Part shown: positions 37,539 through 50,085 of the stretch, in pieces
How the letters are laid out: each line of letters starts with the position of its first letter
How positions within the stretch are numbered: the stretch's first letter is position 1
NCBI GenBank assembly: GCA_011109175.1
Contig: RDEW01000054.1
Coordinates: forward strand, 221,885-285,884
Source of the DNA: Dicyema japonicum
Lineage: Eukaryota; Animalia; Dicyemida
Length of the DNA stretch: 64,000 nucleotides
Reading direction: 5' to 3'
Notes under the pieces: generated by a model
What the model saw: the letters and a program-made list of their open reading frames with translations, nothing else
Database searches by the model: none
What the model was told of the DNA's origin: nothing
Made by a program: the position numbers and the translations under genes

Positions 37539-38380
37539 CAGTGTAACCCCGGTTTGAGGCGCTTTTTGCCCCGAAAACAGGGGTTATTGTTTTTTCCATT
37601 CTAAAATCTTTTATTTTAAACATATAAATGTAAGAGATTTTATTTTATGATTAATAATATCTATCAAGTCGCTCTTTAACGAAGTAATCGGTTATTTTTC
37701 CTCCAATTTTGTAACCATTTCGGATGTTTCTCATTACTGTCATTCGGAATTCGTAGAATTTTTTAATGACTTTAACTTCGTATAGATAATAGTGTCGCAT
37801 TCAATAATTTCTTCATCATCAGCCTCGGTTAATATTTCATTTACAGCTTCGATCATTATTTCATCAGTTAGAAGATCATCAATATTTAAGACATCACGAT
37901 TTTTTCAATTTGTTTCCAACAATCTGTGATTGAAATTTCTGTTACTTCATTCCAACTTTTTGAAACCAGCATTACAACCTGACGAAGGTTTAGTTCTGAA
38001 AGACTTTCTTTAAGATCACTTTCGATGTCTTGAAGACATAAAAATTCGGTTAAAAAATCGAAATTTTTGAAACAGCGAGGTTTATTAAATTTCCCAATAA
38101 TCAATGGTTCAAGTTTTTCACCCTCATAATTGCTACATAGAAGTACTGTAATCCAATTTTTGATGCAACAATAAAGCATTTTTTAATGATTGGGCCTGAT
38201 AATAGAAAATTATGTTCTCTGAGTTTCTGGAATATTTCAAATACTTTGTGCCCTGGTTTGGGGCTCCAGGAAATTTCCAAATTTGGAAATTAATGCTGGA
38301 AAATTGACTCCAAATGAAAAATGCCCCGAAATGCGGGGATGCCCCACCGCCGGGGTGTGCCCCGAAACGGGGTCGGACTT
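37539..38380 (-). mobile_element. Internally deleted Tigger/pogo (Tc1/mariner superfamily) element
   Basis: ITVLLCSNYEGEKLEPLIIGKFNKPRCFKN DDE_1-type motif; imperfect TIRs CAGTGTAACCCCGGTTTGAGGC / GCCCCGAAACGGGGTCGGACTT flanked by TA. Confidence 0.85.
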
Positions 38381-38802
38381 TATATCGAGAAACAGACTGG
38401 GAGAAAAGAAGATATCAAGAACCTGTCAAATGTCCAGATGGTGAGGCATAACGAGTGTATAAACCAGCCTTGTTCAGAAATACAAAAACTAATATTTTGT
38501 AGAATTTGAAATCCACGTTGTTTGGCTTGTTAAAGTCAATTAGACAAGAAGTGGGTCTTATAATCTTCGAAGAAAATAGCATGTTGAATTACGTAAAGAA
38601 GATGGAAGTTTAGCATCTAATTATTGTGTGACAAAAAAGATATGAGAGAAGAATAAAGTGATAATGGTAAAAGGTCTTATTGATGTTTCATTTGGATGGA
38701 CGTACTTTCAATGCGCCGTAATGTCCATCTTCAGATTCTAACAAACAACAATGAGATCCAATGTAATAAAAGATTTCATTTGCCAAAAAAGCCAAAATTT
38801 AA

Positions 38803-38834
38803 AGCCCCGTACGGGACTCGAACCCGTGACCCTG
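38803..38834 (-). pseudogene. Isolated 3' half of a tRNA (T-arm and acceptor strand)
   Basis: CAGGGTCACGGGTTCGAGTCCCGTACGGGGCT with an intact T stem; no matching 5' half upstream. Confidence 0.65.
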
Positions 38835-38940
38835 TAATCAACTAACTTAATCTCAAAAATTTATAAAATATAAAGGTTTTTAGTTTCATTTATGTTAATT
38901 AACAAAATTTTCAACACTAGTAATAATTTAATTATTTTAT

Positions 38941-41900
38941 TTATTCCTTTTGTAACTTCATATTAATAAATTCAAATATGGCTTTGTAGCATGTATTATA
39001 CTGAATCTAAAAAATATGATTATTATACTATTGTTCTAATCATTCCCATTTTTTGTTGTCTTAATCTTATGATTGTCCCCATTATATCCATATTATTATA
39101 AATTTGCATCTGTTGCAACAAATTAAACAACGTAATAAAAATTCCACAACGATCCGAACCAGAACTATATAAATTTGATTTCAATACCTGCAAACAATAG
39201 TTAAAGGTGATAAAGTTATCGTTGATGTTTTTAACATTATTTCTTGTACAAAGTTAATAAAGTTTCCTAGATGAAGGATACCACGCTTATTCCATTTAGT
39301 GTAATAATATTGACTGATAATTAAGGATTCTTTCGTCTTATTAATATTTAAGGAAATATTTCGTACCGTTAAATTTGTAATTTTCACTTTTTTGAAAATA
39401 TATTGGTTGGTTATTGACTCACCTAACGATTCAATTCTAAACTGTTCATATTCAACGGAAGAATTTTCCAACCAAATAGTAGGACATTTTTTCTATAATT
39501 AATTTTATAAACCGATACATCACCATGATTTTGAAAACAACATAAAACTATTAAAAATCTTGTTTTTGAATGCCACAGCATATGAATAAAATCATTGATT
39601 GTTTCTTCAAATGGACACTGTGCAGCTAATATTGAATTTGCTTTTTTAAAACTCTATTAAATTGGTAATAAAATAATTTTACATCAATATAGCATGCATT
39701 TATGTATAAATTGCTTTTGCTCGACTGAAAAATAAATCTATTTTCGTCAACTAAATTAATTTCAATCATATAATACATGGAAGTGTGTCTGTAAAACGAT
39801 TTTTCATAAAATTTTCTTTTGAAACTGCGATTGTCATATTATATAAATATTTCGAGTGATGTTTCAACCTCTATTATATTTAAATTATTCAAAAAACCAT
39901 AAATTCGGTTTCAAAATATTCACTTTTTGTATAAAAATTTTTTAATTTATCAATTTCAATAATATGAGTTGATACTTCAATGATTTCTACTGAAATTTCA
40001 TACAACAATAAATAATCATATGTGTTAAAGGATGTAGGTGGAAATTCTGTAATAAGTTTTTCAACATCATCAAAAATATTAATCATAGTTTTTGAATGAA
40101 AAGAACTCATTACGTTATCAATAATTAGATATAATCCAACAAAATTTTTTTTTTGCTAAAAGTAAATCTAAAATAAACCTATTATAAATCAAGCAATATT
40201 GATATTTAAAGTTAGTTTTATAAAATTTTCTTACTATTTGTAAAAATCTAATAAAAGAAGATGTATTCCACGTTTTGTAATCAATCATATGTAAATGGAA
40301 ACAATCTATTATTTTATCATTACCCGGCTATGTTAATTATACAAATACAACTGCAATAAATTTAAACTGACAATGAGTAAATTCTGCTAGAACATTTGTT
40401 TGGATAAATTTTATTGATTTATCGTCATTTTTTGAAAAATAAGTTTGATTAATTATGTCATCCTATATTTAAATAAAAAGTTACAATAAATTCAGCTGTA
40501 TTTCCTATTGATATTATAGTAACTATATTTAATTGATAAATTTTATTCCAGAAACTTCCAGGTGATTTCAGAAACACCTATAAAATTAATAAAATGCTTT
40601 TCAAATACATCAACATTCATGCACCAACTTTTGTTTTTAAAACAATTGATTAGATAACTTTCAACATCCAAATGTTCAATAGTATTGTTCATTTTTTTAA
40701 GTTTCTGTGCTTTAGTGAGTAGATTAAATTCTTTTATTAAATTATCTTTATTTTCTTTCAGAATATTATAATGTTCTATGAAACTAGTATAGTTCATCAA
40801 TTTTTTTTTCGAATGGAGAACTTAAAAATTAAGAATTCGTATTTACTTGAATTTAAAAAAATTCCAGGTTCACTTGTTCGAGAAGAGTGTTTTTTCTGAA
40901 AAAATAATTCTTTAGAATTATTTAAGTTTGCATGCAACATGGTAGAATGATTTTTTCCCCTGCAAAGTTTTATTTTAAAATGTTAACTTTTTATAAGATC
41001 TAATCAAAATTCCACATATTAAAGAAATTAACGCTATCAATCCGAATGCAATAGCAGCATAATGCCATGAAAGGAGATTAATCGAACTTTTACTTATCAA
41101 AATTAGGGTTTTACTAAACTCACTGGTACCATAAATCTAAAATAATTGTGCATAGTTTAATTACATTTTTACTAACAAAATATCGAATAGCAAATCGATA
41201 TTTTTTATTTTTTAAAAGTTTCACATTTTTGTATCCATTTCTAATGAATCCATCTCCAATTTCTAAATTAGTCTGAATGTTTCTTCCATACCATTTTGCT
41301 AATAAACAAATGTCCAATAAACAGTAATCTGAAAAATTTTGGATTATCTTAATTTTTTATTTGAATATATACATTATTAAAAAATAATTTTTGATTCCAC
41401 ATTTTTTCAGACACAACTGCAAGAATACTATATGCTATTATTCCATTTATTTCTGATGCATTTTCTAAATAAACCATTATTTTATTTTTGTCCCAATAAA
41501 TTTTCGGAGGCTTTAAATTACGAGGGGCTAAAACGCTTGATGAAATTTATTTACCAGATTTATTTGTGAATGTTATAAATTTAGATGGCGTACCAATTTT
41601 TCCATTGTAATATTCAGAATTTATTGTGATCACATACGTCATATAAGGAATGAGACCATTTATTTTTATATTTTCTAAAGTTCTATTATTAGCAATTAAA
41701 ATCATTTTCCTAGAGAGGTTGACGTAATCCAACATGTTATATTCAGTCAAATATTTTTTATACCCATGATAATGTATCTTAAAATTTTAATAAATATATT
41801 ATACAATATAATGTCTTACATTTAAATTTTTTGGTTTTTTAATTTTAATATTAACTGATATATCGGTTGAAGTATTTGATAAAATTATTAATTCATCGTA

Positions 41901-44517
41901 AATTTCTATAAAAAAATTCATCAATTATTAAACCTCCACCAATTAAAACTTCTCTATTTTTTTCTCCAAATACTCCGAATTGTTTAGCTTGTATTAAGCA
42001 TAAATATGATTTTCGTTTGATTAATCCACAAATTTTATAATTATATGAATTTGTTTCATAAATTGTAGCTGATTTATTTGAATTTAATTCAGAACATAGG
42101 ATTCTCAACTTTTCAAAAACTTCGTTAAATTTAAATAAAGCACAGGTTGAGTTCAATCGATAACAATTCACAATTGGTGGTGAAGGACCTAGATTAATTC
42201 AAATAACTTAATAACCCTTATAAACAATATTTTTATTAGTTTCGTAGATTCATTGCTATATCCTTCAGAATTAAAAGCCAATAGTCTAATGAACATAATA
42301 CAATTTTCGGGCAAATTTCCGATGGAAATAACATTATCAAAAAGTTTATACATTTTCTCTTGACTATTTTCACAATAAAATATAAATTTGTAGAAATTAA
42401 TCAGATTAGCTGATGTATTTGCATTATTCCATTTTATTAATACACTATTTGGTGATGAAACACTTATTGTAATATTTCGCGGCGGATCGGGTACTAATTA
42501 TAAATAGTTGAATTTATTAAACCTTTATTTTTAGTTCTAATTATTTTTGACTTGGATAAAGGGCCTTCTCCGAATTCATTTACCATGCTAGTAAAAATTT
42601 TGTAGTAAGTATATGATTTTAATTCTTTAATAACAGTTTTTTGTAGAAATGTATTTTTTACATTTAAATAAATATTGATTTTTCTTAGGGAAATATTATT
42701 TTCTTCCAAATAAATGCGATAATAACTAATATTGTCTTCTAAACGACTAAATGGTAACCAATTTATTTCTATTTCATTAGAATTAATTGGAAATGCACTG
42801 ATAAGTAAAGGTGAATATATTGGTTCTATTTTTAGGTACTTTAAATTTACTGTATTTATGAGTCTTAATTTCAACATTTTTTAAATAAGGACCTTCCTCT
42901 TTTAGAGTTATTGCTGAAATTGATATTTTATACATAGTATTTGGTAACAAATTGTCAAAAAAAATTTCTTCGTTATTGACAGTTGTTGTTTCCTAAATAT
43001 AAAAAAATATTCAAATATTTTGTAACTAAATACATAATCAATACTTAATGTTATATTAATAATATCAAATTAAATACTTTCCAGTAAATTTGACTGATTT
43101 CTTTTATATATAACTTGTAGTTTTTGATTAATATATTTTTATTAATTTTCCATTTTATAGCGATGCTATGTGATGTGATACTGGTTACATTTATTTGTAT
43201 TTAAATAATGGATCTATAAAAATAAAAATTTTTTAAACATATTTTTGACATATTTAGGTAATCACAGGACTTTTAATTGTTCGCAGAAGTCGTATTCTAT
43301 GGATAGTAATAAAATATTCCATTCTTTTTAAGTTATTTATAGATAAAATATTTTTTCTTGTGCTCAAAAAGGGAGGAACAATCGTATTATTAATATGGTT
43401 TGCTGATGTTCCTATATATACCTCGTAGTTCTATTAAAATAAATTTATTTCTAAATATGTTACAATATCAGTCGTTGAAGGATACCAATAAATTAAAGCT
43501 GATGAATTTGTGATGGCCCATGCCTTAATATCAAAAAATGAATTATAAATATCTATTCAAATCAATAATTGATAAAAATCAACCATATTGAATAAATTCA
43601 ATTTTCTTAATAATAGTTCCAATAGTAGAGTAACCAATACACATGAATTTTTGAATTGATAAAGTTTGGTTCATAGTCATAATATTATTATTTATAATTT
43701 TAAATTTGTCGTTAATCCAAAAAATTTTCGGTTTTGGAATTCCTTCTATTTTGCATGTAATTATTTTTTCCTTCTTTATTATGTAAGTATCATTCAAAAT
43801 AGTTGAAAAGTACGGGAAAATATCCAAATCTTAAATAATTTGTTATTATTTGATACCAATTGTCACTTCAATATTCTTAGACAATGCAATTCCATGACGG
43901 TTAACGGCCAAGCAAAAATAGTCTCCGCTAGAATTGACATTTATTTGTTTTTCGTCATTTGACTCTTAAAGTAAAAAAATAAATTTTAAAACTATTTAAT
44001 GGTTCGAAAATTTCATAGTTTTTAAACCATATAATTTTTAATGGCAATTCACCATTTGCATGACAGTATAAATAATGTAAACCAAAATCATTTGAAAAAT
44101 ATGACGGTTTTTCATTTATTCTAGGAAATCCTTGAAATTTTAAAATAAATTTAAACCAGTTTTCCATTCCAAAAATGTTAACTTCATTGTTCTTTTAATC
44201 ATACGACCATATACATCAAATCCATAACAAGATAATGACAGATTTTTATTTGAATCGACTTCAATATTAAAAAAATTTAAATTTTCTGATATATAAATTT
44301 TGGAATTATTTGTTTCCAATGACCAATAAATGATCGCTTTTATAATACCCGAGTTAACGCACCAAGCCATTGCTCTTTTTTCTGTTTCATATTGAAGATT
44401 ATCAAAAATTGTTGTAATATTAATATCGTCTAGTTGGATTAAACAATATTTACTTTTAAGGGGTAAGTTATATTGACACTTTAAAATAGATATTATTAGA
44501 AATATTGAAGAAAGCAT
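38941..44517 (-). CDS. Divergent LAR-family-like receptor protein tyrosine phosphatase (Ig, FN3, TM, tandem PTP domains)
   Basis: Signal-like MLSSIFLIISIL; Ig motifs CHANGELPLKIIWFKN and CKIEGIPKPKIFW; FN3 ends such as LKSYTYYKIFTSMVNEFGEGPLS; TM near 41000-41070; D2 KNRFTDTLP, VCSSGSDRCGIFI, QYNTCYKAIFEF; TAA at 38941. Confidence 0.85.
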
Positions 44518-45826
44518 GAAAATTGAATTTAATGAATTTGACAAACTATGAAATTGCTAAATATAAAAAATATACATGAAAAAATATTTAAATTTATAAA
44601 CAAGCAATCCTAGTACAAATATCTATAATAAAATAACATGGCTAATTAAATAAACGTATCGATTAAAAACATTGCCTTTTCATACTTAGTTAATTATCTA
44701 TTCGAATTATTTTTATTCAATTATTAAAACTAATAATCAATACATTTTAATGATGTCTTATATTAATGGTTTATTAACTAGACATGGTTCTAATGTTTGC
44801 ATCAAACATAGAGGGTATATAACTCGTACAATAGCAGATGAGTAGATTATTTATGTTGAATTACAGTTAGTTTGCCTATTTAAGCTTTCCGCCTCCGTGT
44901 AGACACCTTCCTAGGATATATTGTAATCCCCAAGGACTGGAGGTGGTCTTTTAACCATTGGGAAAAACGGACTATTCTTGATGGATACAAGCCACAGGTC
45001 AGAGTTTAAGTCAAATTCTGTCTAAAAATAAACTACGATCAAGCAAGAATGTTTTCATTCTTTTTGGATAACTTTGGTTAACTTTATACCTCACTCCAAT
45101 GATCATATCTCACATCCGAAATCTCAAACCTATCATGTTTTGTTATATTAAAAAACTAAGAAGAAAAAAATCAGATTAGGAAAAAACGAAACCTACATAT
45201 CTATCAAAATGCTTTTCCTCGTTAACTGGACTTATTACATAGAAAGTGAAATATGGTTTTTCAAACGATCATAACCCAAATAACAACACGCTATAATGGG
45301 AGGTGAACCTTTTACGTCAAATGTTGGAAAGGCGCCAATTAGAGGTAGTTCAATCTCAACATTAAATAAGACAAAATCAGATATGTAAACTCCCTATGTC
45401 AAATCTACCCATCAAACAAAGTTCGAGTTACCCCCTAAAGATCAGAAATTTATTGACTGGAGTTTTAAAATGTGAAGATCTTTTTCATGAAAAAGCTTCT
45501 TGAAGCTTCTCCGTTAAGGAACGGAAATCAAAAAATAACTTCTGTCCTAATTAATAAAATTAGCAAAATACCATTTTAAAGAACAGGAAATGCCTCCATT
45601 CGAGATACGCGTTGTTCGGTTATAAAAATATTTATTTCGTCAACTACCATAGAATAGTGTAGCAGCATATTGTCATATTTTGTGTCATATTTAGGGTTCA
45701 AATGATCAAAATTGAATTTATCTTAACAAAATGACTTAAAGATTTTTTTATTTAATTATTATTTACTTAATTATCTAATTTAATTTTTTAAATAAACATC
45801 ACACGTGTGGCAGTATTGTGTGTTTG

Positions 45827-48731
45827 ATGAATTTTAACTACAAAGTATAAATATGCTTATTTTCAGTTTGAAAATTTATTCGGATGTGTATATAGAATTG
45901 GAAATATTTTGTTTTTTCCTGACGGTAACAAGCTTTTAAGTCCTGTTGGTAATAAAATTACTTGTTATGATCTCAAAAAGTTTTTTTAATAGTTTATTAC
46001 TAGCAACAAGACATCAACCTTTCCGATTGAAACTTCGTGTAATATAACAAGTCTCGCGCTTTGTCCATCTGGCGCTATTTTAGTCATGGCAGATGAAAGT
46101 TATTACTTTATTAAATACTTAGATGGAGTTCTTTACCTTTGCAGTTGGTCTGGTAGATGTGTTCTAAGAACTCATCGATTAAATTGTCTTGTTTTTGATA
46201 TCTCATTTAGTCCTAACGGAAAGTAAAAAACATTTTTTATCAAAATAGATATTTTGCTGTTACTAAGGGAAATTATGTACACGTTTTCATGTCACCTATG
46301 ATTGAAAAAAAATTTAATGGATTTCATTTATTTCGTGTTTTACATGGTTCAGCTTCTGATATTACATGTCTTCGGTGGTCATCCGACTCAAGGTATGAGT
46401 GCTCTTTATTTTTAGAGTTTTAGCTGTTGGGAGCAAAGATGGGATAATTAGGTTATTTGCAATGGTACGAATGTCTCAATTGTCTGTTTATACACTTACT
46501 GCTCATACAAATGCTATCATCTCTATATTTTTTCAAAAGGATTCATTAACTGTTATATTATTGAATTTATTTGATTAGCTTTATTCTGTGTCCTCAAATG
46601 GACAATTATATGTTTGGAAACACTTAGTTGAACTTAATGAATTAATCGAATCTGAAGAGTATGAAAGTGAAGCCCAAAATCCCACAAAACTATATAATCC
46701 CCCAGAAAGGTGACTATAAATTAAATATTATCAGATTTTATTTAAACACTAATGGATCTGCAGTAACTGCTTCAGCCTTTTATCCCCCCTTGAGCCTTCT
46801 AGTAGCAGGATTTTCAGATGGCACCTTTTGTCTCTATGAAATGCCAGATTTTTCACTTATTCATTCTTTTATGTTTCATTTAAGTTTATTTTAGAATTTG
46901 TGAATCTCCTATATCATCGTTAGCGTTTGACAAAACAGGAGAATGGATTTCTGTTTCATCTAGCGAAATTGGAATTTTGTTTGTGTGGGAGTGGAAGAGT
47001 GAAAGTTATATAATGAAACAACAGAGCTCATATAATTCATGCAGATGTGTTGACTATTCTCCTGATGCTCAATTAATTGCTATTGGTTCGGAAGATTCGA
47101 AAGTTTATTTTAATCTGATTCTTGTATAGATCAAGTTATGGAATTTGCGCACTGGTTTTTGTGTTGTTACCTTCTCTGAACATTCTGGTTCTATTACAGC
47201 TGTTAAATTCAATCAGAGTGGCAAAATTGTCGTTTCCTCTTCACTTGATGGAACAATTAGAGCATTTGATTTGAAAAGATACAGAAATTTCCGTACTTTT
47301 GCATCTCCAAAACCGTTCAATTCAGTTGTCTCGATATTGACGATAATTCTGATCTGGTTGCTGCGGCTGGGCAAAATATGTTTGAGATTTATATATGGAG
47401 TATTCGAAATGGACGTTTACTAGAAGTTTACATTTCTTTGATAATTTAAGATTTTGAGTGGTCATGAGGCTCCAGTGACATCTCTTTGTTTTAGCAAGGT
47501 TCAAACATTACTAATTAGTTCTTCTTGGGATAAAACTTTAAAATTCTGGGATTTTTCTAATAAATCATCTGCTCAGGAGACTTTTGAAGCTCAATCTGAT
47601 GGTTATTTAATTTATATAAAATTTAGTTTTAACAATGGTTATTTCTCCAAATGGAAACGAATTGGCACTGGCTACGCTTAATTGTCGTATAACAATATTG
47701 AGGATAGATGATGCCAAAATATTGTCCTCTGTGGATTGCTTGGCTCATCTTGGTTATACAAGGCGTGATATTGATAAAATTACTGGCAAAACGATTGGAA
47801 AATCGAAAGCATTTTGTGCATTGAGTTATTCTCCTGACGGGAAACGGTTATTAGCAGCTGGTCGTTCGAATAGAGTATGCATATTTTCAATAGAGCATGG
47901 AGTTTTGCTTAAAATATTTTTTATATCAATGAATCAATCTCTTGATTCAATAAATGTATTTTTCTTATGTAATAGTAATTGTAGGAATTTTTGGACAAAC
48001 GGAAAATGACAGAATGGGGTAATTTTTCCTTAATTGATTCTAACGATGATAACTTGACAAAAATAAATTTATCTTCTACTCAAAGCAAGAATTTAAGTAG
48101 CCGAAGTTGGAAACCTGAAGTGAGAGTATTTGATCTTGCTTTTTCCCCAACAGGTTTAATAATTTGGAAGTAATCTTAGGCCGAAGTTGGGCTGTTGCTT
48201 CAACTGAAGGTGTTCTCGTGTATTCGCTTGATCATGCTTTTGATTTTGATCCATTTAAATTATCAGTTGATGTTACTCCTTTCTCGGTTTTAAAAGCAAG
48301 TGCTGAAATGAGACATTCATATGCTTTAATGGCTGCTTTCAGGCTCAATGATCATAATTTAATTGTTTCCGTAGTTGAAAAAATACCTATTTCTGCTAGT
48401 AAATGCATCTCTAATATTTAGTAAATTTTGTCATTTCCTTATTTTCTGAGATATATGTTGACAAATTTCTCTTATTTTTGTCTGTCCAGATAGAAAAATC
48501 AAACAATATTCATCTTTATATTATTTGGCTGGATTCACTGTTAATGTTTCATGGGATTAATCTGAAGATGAGGTCTTCACAAGTTTTATCTTTAATTACT
48601 TCTATTCAGCAAATTATTTCTAATCGATTTCTTCCAATTAAGACACTGTATGCTTTATTATTACTTTTAGATTTGATAATGTCAATAATTCAATTGATTA
48701 CCTAAACTGCATCAATGAACATTGTGAGTAG
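45827..48731 (+). CDS. PWP2: Periodic tryptophan protein 2 (U3 snoRNP WD40 protein)
   Basis: MNFNYKFENLFGCVYRIGN..LLSPVGNKI; VWEWKSESYIMKQQSS; SSSLDGTIRAFDLKRYRNFRTF; GRSWAVASTEG..FDPFKL. Confidence 0.96.
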
Positions 48732-49129
48732 GATAAATTTATACTTTCGTATTTCTTAAAACTATTATTTCTTTATTAGTTATGCTATTTTTATCATTTT
48801 GTTGTTTTAGAAATAGCTAATTAACAAATTATCTTATTGCATTCTGACAAGTTAGCGTGATAATTAATTAGTCAAAGATCGGGATGGACGCATCCTTATT
48901 GCCTAGAATGTTAAATTAGTTTTATAGTCGATGAAATCTCTTGTCCCCTGTCTTCTCGCGAACATGTATGAGGTGACGGGATCGGGAGACATCGGAAATC
49001 CGAATTTCTAAACATGCCTGGTTTTAATTTCGTCCAGTTTAAATTTAAAAAGCTGGAAAATCACCCGTCAGACCTGCGCGTTAAGATAGTGATAATTGAT
49101 ATGATTTATTACATGTTAATAGTAATAAA

Positions 49130-49230
49130 ATTGTTTAGGAGAATTTTATCCTCATTGCAAGTGTGGTCCGATTGTTTAGGAGAATTTTATTTTCATTGCA
49201 AGTGTGGTCCGATTGTTTAGGGAATTTTAT
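49130..49230. repeat. 41-bp tandem repeat (~2.5 copies) upstream of the troponin C-like gene
   Basis: ATTGTTTAGGAGAATTTTATYYTCATTGCAAGTGTGGTCCG units starting at 49130, 49171 and 49212. Confidence 0.9.
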
Positions 49231-49354
49231 CATTCCATTGTTCTGAGTCTTCAAAGAAATAATTATTTTTACATAGTAATCTTTGTTCTTCTGATATCTG
49301 ACAATTGACAGAAATCAATTTATCTTATAAATAGAGTGAGGTGTTATTAAATTG

Positions 49355-50044
49355 ATGGATAATTCGGTATGCTTTATGTTTAAATGTTATTTAGTATTCT
49401 AAAATAAACATTACCGAAGGGAGATTAATAGTTAGTATATAATTTCATTATGTTCAAGCATTTAAGAATATTTATTAATATTCATGCGAACTAATGTTTA
49501 TGTTTTATTCTAAAAATTTGGCAAAGCATTAGTTAAGCTAAATTTTTTTAATTGATTTCTTAATAATTTTGATAACTAAGAGATTAAATCTTTCTTTTTC
49601 GAAATTGATCAGAAAAATGGACAAGAAATTCCACTTAAAGAATTAACTAAAGTTTTCAAAATAATTGGTCATAATTTGAACGCTGAAAGAGTCAAAAAAT
49701 GGCAGCCGGATATTGAATTCAATGGTTATTCAACGTAGCTCAAATATTTTAGATAATGGAAATATATCATTAGAAGTTTTTATTAATCTATTAAAAAGAA
49801 AAATTAATGAAGATCAAGAAGAAGCGGAATTAAAACAAGCTTTTAAAATGTTAGCAAATAAGAGAAACCAAATTGACGTAAATGAATTGAGATATATACT
49901 ACGTTCATTAGGAGATAACTTAACTGAAGATGAAATTGAAGACATGATCAATGAAACAGATAAAGATGGGTCAGGAGAAGTAGATTTTAATGGTAAGTTA
50001 ATTTATTATGTGTAGAATTTTATTCATTAATGCATGGTGATTAA
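49355..50044 (+). CDS. EF-hand protein most like molluscan troponin C
   Basis: [79 protein letters not shown]; only the last EF loop is canonical; four introns. Confidence 0.75.
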
Positions 50045-50085
50045 TATTTTGTAACTAATATTAAATTAATATTTATTTAAACTTA

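Larger units (their letters stand above)
33950..38790 (+). mobile_element. Possible highly decayed CR1/L2-like LINE interrupted by the Ingi-like and Tigger elements
   Basis: Faint APE-like motifs (SELWL, VSDH) at 34080-34350 and linker-like peptides at 38500-38790. Confidence 0.3.

Noticed and set aside
44770-45700. Gene or definable element between the RPTP and PWP2
   Set aside because: Only faint LINE-like motifs, with no ORF or boundaries to support a call.
49130-49230. CRISPR-like array
   Set aside because: Units are contiguous and near-identical, with no unique spacers.
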